Below are positions 1 through 9,154 of a stretch of DNA of 64,000 bases, in pieces. Positions within the stretch are counted from its first letter, which is position 1. Every line of letters starts with the position of its first letter. The translations under genes and the position numbers were made by a program. The notes beneath the pieces are model-generated. The model did no database searches. It was not told where the DNA came from and saw nothing but the letters and a program-made list of their open reading frames with translations. The stretch is taken from contig CDPCPM010000029.1 in NCBI GenBank assembly GCA_976551045.1, forward strand, positions 8,990,001 to 9,054,000, read 5' to 3'. This stretch comes from Glaucostegus cemiculus. Lineage: Eukaryota.

Positions 1-200
1 TTCTCAACCAGAAACGTGGACTGTTTCTTTCCCTCCATGGATGCTGCCTGACCTGCTGAGTTCCACCAGCATTTTGTTTGTATTGATGAGACATGAATCC
101 TTTTTCTCTTTCCACAGATGTTGCCTGAGCTGCTGAGTGTCTGCAACATGTTCTGTTTTTATTTGAGACTTCTGGTATCAGCATTTTTTTCTGACTTTCA
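1..200 (+). mobile_element. Two tandem right arms of a Penelope-derived palindromic element
   Basis: GATGCTGCCTGACCTGCTGAGTTCCACCAGCA (40-71) and a second GATGTTGCCTGAGCTGCTGAGT copy (~117-138); the same arm recurs many times in the window; GAAACGT at 11-17. Confidence 0.7.
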
Positions 201-479
201 CTCATTTTAACAGAGCCAATGGAACTATAAAAGTCAATTTGTAAAACAGTGCATAAAATTTGACCAAACAATATCCCAGCATGCCATGAAGAATCAGTGG
301 AGCTCTGTAATTAGCTTCTAAAAAGCAGGCTGTGAACTGAAGGTAGAATGAGATGAGCTGACATGTATTTGTTGATGTTTACTGTGTCTGCTTACTTTCC
401 TGAATCCTTTCTTTTAGGCTGTGTACAAGACTTATAAAGTTCACAGACCAGTAGTACTCTTGGTTCTATCAAGTCTGAA

Positions 480-690
480 TTCTGCCCCCCCCCCCCCCCC
501 ACCTTGATCTCCCCTCCAATTTCCTCTTTATACTGGTTATCTTCACTTTCAGTCCTCATGCAGAATCTCGATGCCAAACATTGACAATTCCTCTCCCCAC
601 CACAGATGCTAATTGACCCGCTAAGTTCTTCCAGCAGAGTGTTTTATGCTCCAGATTCCAGCATCCACAGTCTTTTGTGCCTCCAGATGT
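480..690 (+). mobile_element. Penelope-derived right arm with decayed hammerhead-like motif
   Basis: CAGTCCTCATGCAGAATCTCGATGCCAAACATTGAC...CAGATGCT...GCTCCAGATTCCAGCATC; closely parallels 56090-56270 and 62750-62850. Confidence 0.7.
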
Positions 691-714
691 CATGAACAAT
701 ATTGTTTGTACTCA

Positions 715-1215
715 AAACAAAGATTGATAGATTTCTGGATGTTGGTGGAATTAACAAAAATGGGAATAGAACAGGAAAGTAGTTTTGAGATAGAAGATCA
801 GCCAAAATCTACATCTTGAATGATATAGTAGACTTATGGTCCAAATAGCCTACTGCTGTTCATACTTCTGAATTTGTCTTGGAGAATGATAAAGAGACTA
901 CATTTTTGTGTTTAAGAGACTGGTTTGTATTTCATTCAGTTCTAATGGTTTTGAAGCAATTTAATCAAGGCCTTTAAAACAATAAATGATAAATATGTGG
1001 AAACAAAGTCTTTTGGTGAGGGAATCTTGAAAAATGGAACATGGTTTTAAAATAAGAGCCAGACCATTTAGAAATGAATTCAGAGAACCTTGCTTGCACA
1101 ACAATTAATGAAAAAAGCTCCTGCAAGAAACGTTTGTTGCAGGCTCAACGGGGACCCTCACCTTGGAAGTTGATAGGTTTTTATTTGGAAAGAGCATCAA
1201 GTGGAGCAAAGGCAG
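715..1215 (+). mobile_element. Two decayed CR1 3'-end fragments (~715-870, ~985-1215)
   Basis: AGATTGATAGATTTCTGG...GATCAGCC...GGTCCAAATAGCCTACTGCTGTTC pattern shared with other CR1 tails in the window (e.g. 23150-23405). Confidence 0.55.
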
Positions 1216-2511
1216 GCAATAATAAAACTGGACTGAGGGTTTGATTGGTCTACAGCCATGCAATTGGCATAGCCTTAGAGTTCCATTTTGAATAAATCCC
1301 TTTTACCCATGGTAAATAAAATGGGTGCTTTGGGTAAAAGAATCCTTTTACCCAAGCTAAAGTGAAATGGATGTAAGACAAAAAGAAGATTAATATTTTA
1401 CATCCATTTGTTGGATTCACATTCCTTAATAGTCTTTATACAATGGAATAATAGTCCCTTAATTTGGAAACATTTAGTACAGCTTTTATTTTCCTTCATT
1501 GGCATGAGGCATGCTATTATTTTATAAAGCAATGCCTGTTTGTTTGAAGTACTATGAATCAATACATTGCATTCAGTCAGCTTAATGTGGTAAGAGACTT
1601 CCTCAATAAACAAAAAATTCATCCAGTATCTCATGAATGGAATAATAATGCAAATATGCTAATAAGAATGATTAGCACTTTTAAGATAGAAGTTATGACT
1701 TGAGTAATTATACAAATAGCTTTTATTTTCACATTTATGCCTGTAAAGTAGTGCATAGCTATTTGGCTAAAAGGACAATAGTCAGCTAGGACATCATAGA
1801 TTCAAGTGTTTAATCCTCTTACTCCTAAGAGTAATCACTGGTGTTCTCTTGATGGTGTATTATTCCAAAACATTGAACATTTAATACCAGGTTCAAAGCT
1901 GAAATCCTTAGCCTATCCCATGTGGGAGCCTACAAATTGCTTGAGGTTCTGAACTTTGCTGATTCACAAATGTCCATCTCAGCACTTCTGCCTGTAGGGC
2001 TGAATATTATTCCAATTCATAAATTGAATACATGAGGAAGAATAATTAAAGAGCAAACTGCAATTATAACAGAGATCTTATGGGAGTGATAATATATAAT
2101 GTAGGGCTTAGATTTCATACCAGCACTTGCAAGATTAGATTTAAAGATTTTTATTAGACTAGATTAAAATAATTGTTTACTAGAAAATCCTTTGCTTGAG
2201 CTACGTTGAGGTTACGTTGTTTGTATTTTAAACACTGTCTCAATTGGACCAATGCAACTTAAACATGAAAAGCTTCACATACAGAAAATTAAAAGGAAAC
2301 ATTAAAAAAGTGCATGGAAACTGTACAGGGAAAATTGTGCACTTTGATTTGATTAATTGTAATTATTATAAATATTTCTTGTTTTTAAAAATTTTCACAG
2401 AATATCAATGGTAATTCTCTTGATGTTTTCTTTATCCAATGTCCTGGCTGTTCAGTGGTAGTTCAGGAACTGAAAGATGGTTCTTATGTCATGTGCAATG
2501 TTATCAATTAC

Positions 2512-2921
2512 TGTCATGATTCTGAGTACTGGTCCTTGATTTGGCTCCTTAGATGCCTCATTGTACAGCACATGGATTCCATGCTGGACTGATTGCATAA
2601 TGACACACACCTGAGCCCCATCAGGGGCCTAGCATAAGTACCTGGATTTCTCTAGCACTAGTGGTCAGAGTATTGGTCAACCGTGAAGATTCAGTTTGGT
2701 TCCTAGCTGCTTAGAGTGGTCTACTCCAGAGCAGTCCTGTGTTCTTTAGTCTTGCTTGAAGATTCAGTTTGTGTTGGGATTACTACTCTGATCTCCAAGG
2801 CAAGATTTCCTTCCAGTGTTGCCTGTGTCTGGTCCTGAGGAAGTATTCCTGACTCCAGTCTAGTACCAGTGTGCAGCATTTGGGTTCTCTGTGATCTTGC
2901 TCTTCAATCAACATTGTGACA
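2512..2921 (+). mobile_element. Solo LTR (410 bp), LTR-retrotransposon type
   Basis: Termini TGTCA...TGACA (inverted); perfect 5-bp TSD ATTAC at 2507-2511 and 2922-2926; internal direct repeat TGAAGATTCAGTTTG at 2684 and 2757. Strand is tentative. Confidence 0.85.
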
Positions 2922-3149
2922 ATTACATGCTGACTTTGTTCATTGTTTTGCTGACTTTATGAGAAGTAAGTAGTCCCATAAACTGTGAAAAGATCTGATG
3001 ACTGGATTGGGATTCTAACTTGCTCTTTTTTGTGAAGTAAACTGCAAATTTCATTCCACATTGCTGATTTAAATTGTTTTGTCCATTGTTTCCAACATGG
3101 TTAGACTGGTGAGTTGGAAAAGTCTGAGAGGCAGTAGCTATTTGGTATT

Positions 3150-3535
3150 TAAATAGAATAGCTGCAGATGTTCCTGAGAAAAAATGCAATCCTTGAAATC
3201 TTAAGGAGTAAAGTAAATATTGCAAAGCTGCTATATGTGAAAAGAAGAAAATACCACTATGTATATGTAGGATGCCTGGATTTGGTGAGTTTATTGGCAC
3301 CATGAGGTATTCAAAAGGACATTGAGGCAACTTTTTGAAGGGGTTTTTTATTCCAAGATTTTTGCAAGTTATTTGTTTTCTGCAACAAGAAATCAGAAGA
3401 TATGATTGGTGACTATGTGGCTTGGCTGAAGACATTGGTAAATAGATGTCAATGTGAGATCTTTTTAGATTGAGTGCTGCAGGATCAGCTGTATGTGGAT
3501 TGATTGGTGACAACATTCAGATAGCTTGTTGACTA
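3150..3535 (+). pseudogene. Gypsy gag remnant
   Basis: IE*LQMFLRKNAI ... RNQ ... IGDYVAWLKTLVNRCQCEIFLD*VLQDQL / VCGLIGDNIQ resembles Gypsy gag [35 protein letters not shown]. Confidence 0.75.
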
Positions 3536-3668
3536 TAGAATACCACAGCACAGAAAACAGGCCATTTCACCCTTCTAGTCTGTGCCAAAACTTTATTCTG
3601 CTTGTCCCATTTACCTACACCCAGTCCATAACCTTCTAGATCTCTCCTGTCCATGTATCTATCCAATG
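3535..3668 (-). mobile_element. CR1 3' UTR fragment
   Basis: ATAGAATACCACAGCACAGAAAACAGGCCATT... is the reverse complement of the CR1 terminal motif; similar to 33490 and 51401. Confidence 0.8.
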
Positions 3669-4137
3669 CAGGCTTAATCAATTACATGCTGACTTTGTTC
3701 ATTGTTTTGCTGACTTTGCAAGAAACAAGCAGTCCCATAAATTGAAAAAAGTTCTGGTGATTTGTGATTTTTAACTTGCTCTTAATTGTGAAGTAAACTG
3801 TAAATGGCATCCTGTTTAAAACATTGCTAATTTAAATTGTTTTGTTCATTGTTTCCAATATAGTAAACTTGGTAAATTTTGAGAGGTCTTAACTATTTGG
3901 CCTGTAAGTGGAATGGCTGCAGATATTCCTGGGAGATGTTCCATGTATGAAGGTTCCACCATAGAAATTGCATTTAACGTGAGGCACAATTCCAGGTGGC
4001 ATGTACTCATGGAGGGGCACTCAACAGAATGGAATGCTGCAAACACACAAGGGAGTCTCAAAAATTAATGTGCTTATGCCAGTGGTAGATATAGCCTGCG
4101 GTGATTGTGAAATCACCTTTGAAACCACTGGATATCT

Positions 4138-4380
4138 TGCGAGGATGGTGGTGGACATGGGTGCACATTGATGGACATTGCTGAACAGTGATGAGATGCA
4201 ACTCCATTTTGTGTGTCTACTCCAAGAGTGTTGCAGTTTGTGGGTGAAAACTTGCATACCCTCTGGTACAAAGACATGATGAGGAACCTGGGAATGAGTA
4301 CTTGTGGCCAATTACATGAGATGGGTGCTACTGATGGGGAAGGATTGACATGAGGTTCTTCATGTTGATTGGTTGGAAAT
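4138..4380 (+). pseudogene. Gypsy aspartic protease remnant
   Basis: LARMVVDMGA (DTG motif with T>M, compatible with CpG decay ACG>ATG) and LLMGKD*HEVLHVDWLEI (cf. LLGRDWL...DW.EI). Confidence 0.7.
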
Positions 4381-4421
4381 CTGTCATGGTGCCAAGGGGT
4401 GGGTCCAGAAGCTTTTGTTTC

Positions 4422-4678
4422 AAATTTAAATTTTTAAATTTTATTTAGTGTGGTAACAGGACCTTTTGGTCCAATGAGTCCATGCCACTCATTTTAAACC
4501 CCCAAATTAACCTACCTGTATGTCTTTTTCAGAATGTGGGAGGAAACCAAAGCACCTGGAGGAAACCCATGCAGACACGGGAGAACGTACAAACTCCTTG
4601 CAGTCAGTGATGGGAATCAAACCCCGATTGCTGGTGCTGTAAGAGTGTCACGCTAACTGCTACGCTATTGTGCCACCC
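4422..4678 (-). mobile_element. tRNA-derived V-SINE (HE1-like) with CR1-type tail
   Basis: Minus strand: A box TAGCGTAGCAGTTAG, B box GGTTTGATTCC, V core GTTTGTACGTTCTCCCGTGTCTGCATGGGTTTCCTCC, tail GGACCAAAAGGTCCTGTTACC plus AT-rich end. Confidence 0.9.
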
Positions 4679-4699
4679 AAAAGTTTTTCACAGACAAGT

Positions 4700-5415
4700 G
4701 TAGCACCATTATTGTGTACAAAGCCTACATTCTCATTAATCCGGAGGCCAAGCTGGAGGCTGTTGATTGAGACAAGTTCCACATCTCTTTATGTTAGAGA
4801 AAGAACTGTGGAAGATGGAAAGGAACTGGGTATTGGTGTTGGTCCATTGTGGTGAATGGACCACATATCTTCAAGGCTGATAAAACAATATGATTATGTG
4901 GTGACCACAATGTCACTTTGAATGCACTGCTGTGGAGAAGCAGTATCTTCTACCTACCTCACAATATTTGGCTTTGGATTTGCTGGCTACTTGAGTCAAG
5001 ACCACCTAACTAAAATATTATGTTCACACACAGCTAAATGTGAATTCAGAGAGTGAGGGCAACCTAACCATGAATATACATAAGGGGTTGTATTCTTGCA
5101 CAAAGTCACCACATGGGGTTAACTCAACACCGAAGATTGTTGAGTCTGTTATGGACAAAATGCTGCAGGGAATTGCAAGACATCTGTGCAACCATTGTCA
5201 CAGAGACTGAACCGAAGACTTAAGGGAAATTGCCTGGCAGTTTGCAGCAACAAAATGTACAACTGAAGCAAAATAAATGTGCATTTATACAGCCAGAATT
5301 GTTTATTTGAACTTCAGAGCTAACCAGAATGGGTAGAGACCTATTCAGGAGGAGTAGGTGATGGTATTTGGATGCTAAGAAGACAATTAACTTCACTGAG
5401 TTTTACTCTTTTTCT
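4700..5415 (+). pseudogene. Gypsy reverse transcriptase remnant
   Basis: LEKELWKMERN..EWTT; KADKTI*LCGDHNVTLN; QYLLP; LTMNIHKGLYSCTKSPHGVNSTPKIVESVMDKMLQGI (cf. LTINTHKGLYQYNRLPFGVASAPAIFQRVMDQILQGI); LKQNKCAFIQPE; NFTEFYSF. Confidence 0.9.
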
Positions 5416-5543
5416 GGAAACTCTGGAAATTTTTACTGGATTTGGCCATTTTTTTCCAGAAGTTGTGTATAGGGGAGGTCAGGGAAATGGAGCAATGATG
5501 GCCATAAGTGATGTAGAGCAAAACTTTGTAGTGAATGATCACA

Positions 5544-5896
5544 ACTTATGAGGGGTACAAGATCATAAGAGGCATAGATTGAGTGGACAGTCAGACTTTT
5601 TCCCAGGGCTAACATGAGGGGGCATAATTTTAAGGTGATTGGAGGAAGGTATAAGGGAGGTATCAGAGGTAAATTTTTTACACTGGTGGGTGCATGGAAT
5701 GCACTGCTGGCAGAGGTTGTGGGGGCAGATGAATTAGGGACTTTTAAGAGACTCTTGTCTATCTTATGAGATAGCCACATGAATGATAGAAACATCAACG
5801 TGTACATGAGAGGGAAGGGTTAGATAGATCTTAGAACAGGATAAAATGTTGGCTCAACATTGTGGGCTGAAGGGCCTGTAATGTTCTATGTTCTTA
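5544..5896 (+). mobile_element. 5'-truncated CR1 LINE 3' end inserted in the Gypsy fossil
   Basis: ORF2 end (YKIIRGID..RGHNFKVIGGRY..GAWNAL) and tail GGGCTGAAGGGCCTGTAATGTTCTATGTTCT. Confidence 0.9.
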
Positions 5897-5904
5897 TGTA
5901 GAAC

Positions 5905-6183
5905 ATTGCAGCTGTAATGTGATGCCTTCCATTGTGGGCTGGGTGCAGGTTATCACACATTATAGAATAGGTCCATGAACTGCCAACTGCATTTGCTTCT
6001 TATGCCCTTGCCTCCAGTGAAGAAAATTACTAAACTTATTTACAGTGTGGTAACAGGCCCTTTTGGCCCAACGAGTCCACGCTGCCCATTTTAAACCCCC
6101 CAAATTAACCTACCCATATGTCTTTTTAGAATATTCACAAATTGTTAGAGGCTTTGGCCATTATTTTCCAAGTCACTCAATTT
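5905..6183 (+). pseudogene. Gypsy RNase H remnant, part 1 (split by a SINE fragment)
   Basis: L*CDAFHCGLGA ... ELPTAFASYALASSEENY | YSQI / EALAIIFQVTQFH (cf. [46 protein letters not shown]). Confidence 0.85.
6035..6132 (-). mobile_element. 5'-truncated V-SINE (3' tail only)
   Basis: Closely similar to 4440-4535. Confidence 0.85.
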
Positions 6184-7743
6184 CATAGAACAATATACTG
6201 CAGGAACAGGCCCTTCACCCTATGATGTCTGTACAGACCATTATGCTGATCCAAACTAATTCCATTCACTTGCACCTAGGTAGGGAATTGAGGGATTATA
6301 GACTGTTCATGAGCCTGTCTGGATGTGTCCTTATTACTATTGTATCTGCTTCCACCACTTCCCCTGGCAGTGTGTTCCAGGCACCTACCACACTCTGTAT
6401 TAATAAAACAAAAAACTTGCCTTGCATATCTCCTTTAAACTTTCCCCCTCTCACCTTAAAGCTATCAACCCTAGTATTTGACACTTCCATTGTGGGGCAA
6501 AAAAGAATTTGGCTCTTCACCCTATCTCTGCCTCTCATAATTTTATGTACTTATACTTGGATCAGGTAGCCCCTCAGCCTCCAAAGCAACAGACAAAACA
6601 ACCCAAATTTGTCCAACCTCTCCTTATAGCTAATACTCTCTAATCCAGGCAACATCCTAGTGAACCTTTTCTGTATACTCTCCAAAGCCTCCACATCTTT
6701 CCTGTAATGTGGTGACCTGAACTGCACACAATACTGCTCATGTGGTCTAACCAAAGTTTTATACAGCTGTAACATAGCTTCCTAACTTTTATACTTAACA
6801 CCCCAAATAATGAAGGCAAGAATGCTATATGCCACCTTATCCCCTTGTATTGCCACTTTCAGGGAGCTATGGACTTGCACGCCAAGATCCCTCTGTACAT
6901 CAATGTTCCAAAGTGTCCTGCCATTTACTGTATACTTTCCTTGTACATTACAGAATCAGTTTATTGTCACTTTCATGTATACATGAAGGCGAGATATCGT
7001 ACTCCACAGGCCAAAGTGCAAAAGACATTAAAGACAATAAAGAACAACAGGACAAAAACATCAAAACATTGGAGCCTCATGGACTTCGGTCTGCTGGTAC
7101 AACACGTCTCCCAGAACCTCAACATTACATCCCCCAGCCCCCGCAGTCCGACCACCTCTGGCCCGGGCAGCCCCCCTCACTGCCCGCATCCCGATGCCAC
7201 CACCAGGATCCAGGGCCTTCAACACGCTGTCGCCTCCGACGAGCTCCAACGAGCTGTCGGAGCCGTCAGCACAGACAACGTCTCCATAAAACGAACACCA
7301 AGCACACAAACATTAAGAGCAAACATCAGGAACAAAGAACGCACAAAAACACTAAAAGACTAACAAAAAACACAAAGCACTACAGACCCGGGAGAGGCTG
7401 CTGCAACTGTGTGCGCTGCCATCTTGGACTCCCAGAGTGATACACCTTATACTTTTCTGGATTAAACTCCATCTGCCATTTCTCTGCCTGTGTTTCCAAC
7501 TGATCCAACCTTCTTCACTATCCACAACTCCACCAGCTTTTGTGTCATCTGCAATCTTACTATAAGGCCACCTACATTTTCATCCAGATCATTTGTACAT
7601 ATCACAAATAACAGAGGTCCCAGCACTGATGACTGTGGAACGTGACTGGTCACAGACCTCCAGTCAGAATGACACCCATCCACCATTATGTTCTTGTGCC
7701 TTAATCTACTGGATTAGCCTACCATGCAGGACCTTGTTGAAAG
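6184..7743 (-). mobile_element. 5'-truncated CR1 LINE (RT C-terminus plus 3' UTR) hosting a nested element
   Basis: ORFs 7462..7686 (VTSHVPQSSVLGPLLF), 6551..6775 (LYKTLVRPHEQYCVQFRSPHYRKD), 6296..6538; CR1 tail at 6184. Confidence 0.95.
6951..7426 (-). mobile_element. Non-autonomous Rex1-tailed element, short form without VNTR
   Basis: Minus strand starts CAAGATGGCAGCGCAC, is collinear with 41844-42120 and 42810-42865, and ends GTGACAATAAACTGATTCTG like the Rex1 copies at 43.9, 55.5 and 61.4 kb. It interrupts CR1 sequence. Confidence 0.9.
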
Positions 7744-7751
7744 ATTCTGGT

Positions 7752-7935
7752 TAACAGACAGTTCACTCTGGTCATAGGCCATTAACTATGGCTATATTTG
7801 GGCTAAAGCTAGTTATTCTAACAACAGCAAACACATGACGACAATGATGAAATTCCTGTTCCTGCATCTGGATTACTCCATTGAACACTGCACACATCAG
7901 CAGCTTGCTACTGTGGATATATTGTCAACATTGTC
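7752..7935 (+). pseudogene. Gypsy RNase H remnant, part 2
   Basis: RQFTLVIGH*L / AIFGLKLVILTTANT*RQ** / FLHLDYSIEHCTHQQLATVDILSTL (cf. RKFTLVTDHKPL.AIFGPKKGIP..AAARLQRW..YDYSIEY...HANADALSRL). Confidence 0.8.
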
Positions 7936-8249
7936 TCATAAGGAGATGACAGCTAATTCAAAACAGGGAATTTTTCAGATGAAAATTGTCAGAGATGATT
8001 TTCCAATCATGGGTGATGAGATTGCATTTATTTTGATGTTCATCTGTGGCTGGTATACAAAGCTACTGTATTGGGGTGGAATAAATCAGAAATGAATAAT
8101 AATAATAGACCCTTGTGAAGAACACTGCAGGGGCAGCCATGTTAACATTGCCTGAAGTGTGGTTACAGAGTTGTGGTTCCAAAGGACATCCCTGATCAGC
8201 AGTTCACTTGAAGATGGTATCTAAAATGTCCACCTTTAGTCAGAGATTG

Positions 8250-8935
8250 TTCAGGATATGGAGGATCTGATGAAGTACTGCTTGGTGTGGCAGGATGGGA
8301 GGTCACACTGGTCCACAGTTCTGGTCCAAAAAGTGAAAGTGAAAGATTCATCCCATCCAAGGCTACGTGTTGATTTTTTCCCAACTGGAATTGGATCATT
8401 TTCTCTTGCTGATGGGCAGCAACTCAAAGTGATCAGAAGTATTGTAATTTGGTTTGTGCAGCTCAACAGACTGGACTATTAAGATCTGAGATCAGTCCTT
8501 GCAACACATGGCTTCCGTGAGGAACGTGGTTCTAATAATGATTCACAGTTTTGGTCAACACAGTTTGTCGCAATCTTCCACTCTTGTGGGATTCAATCCA
8601 TCTTAACATCCCCATAACATTCAGCATCCAACAGAGAGGCTAAATATTTGTTTAAATAGTGCAAAGGATCCAAGTTTCTGGGCAAAGAGTCTGAGCAATC
8701 CATGAGTCATTATGTATCAGATCAATACACACTCCACTATTCCCCAGATGTTGCTAATGGTCACTGGTGCATCCTAGTTTGGAAGGACAGGTTGGGGGGT
8801 GGGGGGGAAGGCAGTCAAAAGGTTGAGAGATGATTTTGGGTGACGTCAAGGAAAATTCTCAAGAGATTGTAGAAGTCTCAGGACTCAGGAGTGATATGGT
8901 GAGGATTGGTAAATATTGATCAGTTGGTGCATGCA
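8250..8935 (+). pseudogene. Gypsy integrase remnant
   Basis: QDMEDLMKYCLVWQ; RLRVDF; LRSVLATHGFREERGSNNDSQFWSTQFVAIFHSCGIQSILTSP*HSASNREAK (cf. LRSLFATHGLPEEIVSDNGPQFTS..GIKHILTAPYHPASNGLAE); C-terminal IVEVSGLRSDMVRIG / IDQL. Confidence 0.9.
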
Positions 8936-8987
8936 TGTGCTTGGGAAAATGGTGACTGAGAAAATGATGGGCAAGAAGATCCTGGAG

Positions 8988-9154
8988 ATACAGATGAAAA
9001 ACACGATGGTGCTGGAAGAACTCAGCAGGCCAGGACAGGACCCAAAACATTGACTGCCTGCTTTTCTTCACAGATGCTGCTTGGCCTGCTGAATTCCCCC
9101 AGCACCATCATGTTTTCCATCTAGTTTCCAGCAGCTGCAGTCCTTTGTTTCTCC
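8988..9154. mobile_element. Penelope-derived foldback element
   Basis: Left arm GATGGTGCTGGAAGAACTCAGCAGGCCA is an inverted match to right arm TGGCCTGCTGAATTCCCCCAGCACCATC. Confidence 0.8.

Larger units (their letters stand above)
2922..3935 (+). repeat. Diverged ~260-bp direct repeat (2922-3180 vs 3681-3935)
   Basis: Both copies start ATTACATGCTGACTTTGTTCATTGTTTTGCTGACTTT and share TTGTGAAGTAAACTG, TTTAAATTGTTTTGT and GCTGCAGAT.TTCCTG in the same order. Confidence 0.9.
3095..8935 (+). mobile_element. Decayed Ty3/Gypsy LTR retrotransposon internal region, interrupted by younger insertions
   Basis: Hand translation gives gag, protease, RT, RNase H and integrase motifs in Gypsy order on the + strand, with many stops and frameshifts (see sub-features). 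LTR pair not confidently identified. Confidence 0.9.

Noticed and set aside
2923-3516. 197-aa minus-strand ORF
   Set aside because: Antisense to the decayed Gypsy leader/gag; no recognisable domain.
4600-4678. tRNA gene (also 26010-26084)
   Set aside because: A/B boxes continue into V-SINE core and tail; these are SINE heads.
6829-7440. 203-aa and 172-aa plus-strand ORFs
   Set aside because: They run antisense through a CR1 and the nested non-coding element; chance open frames.
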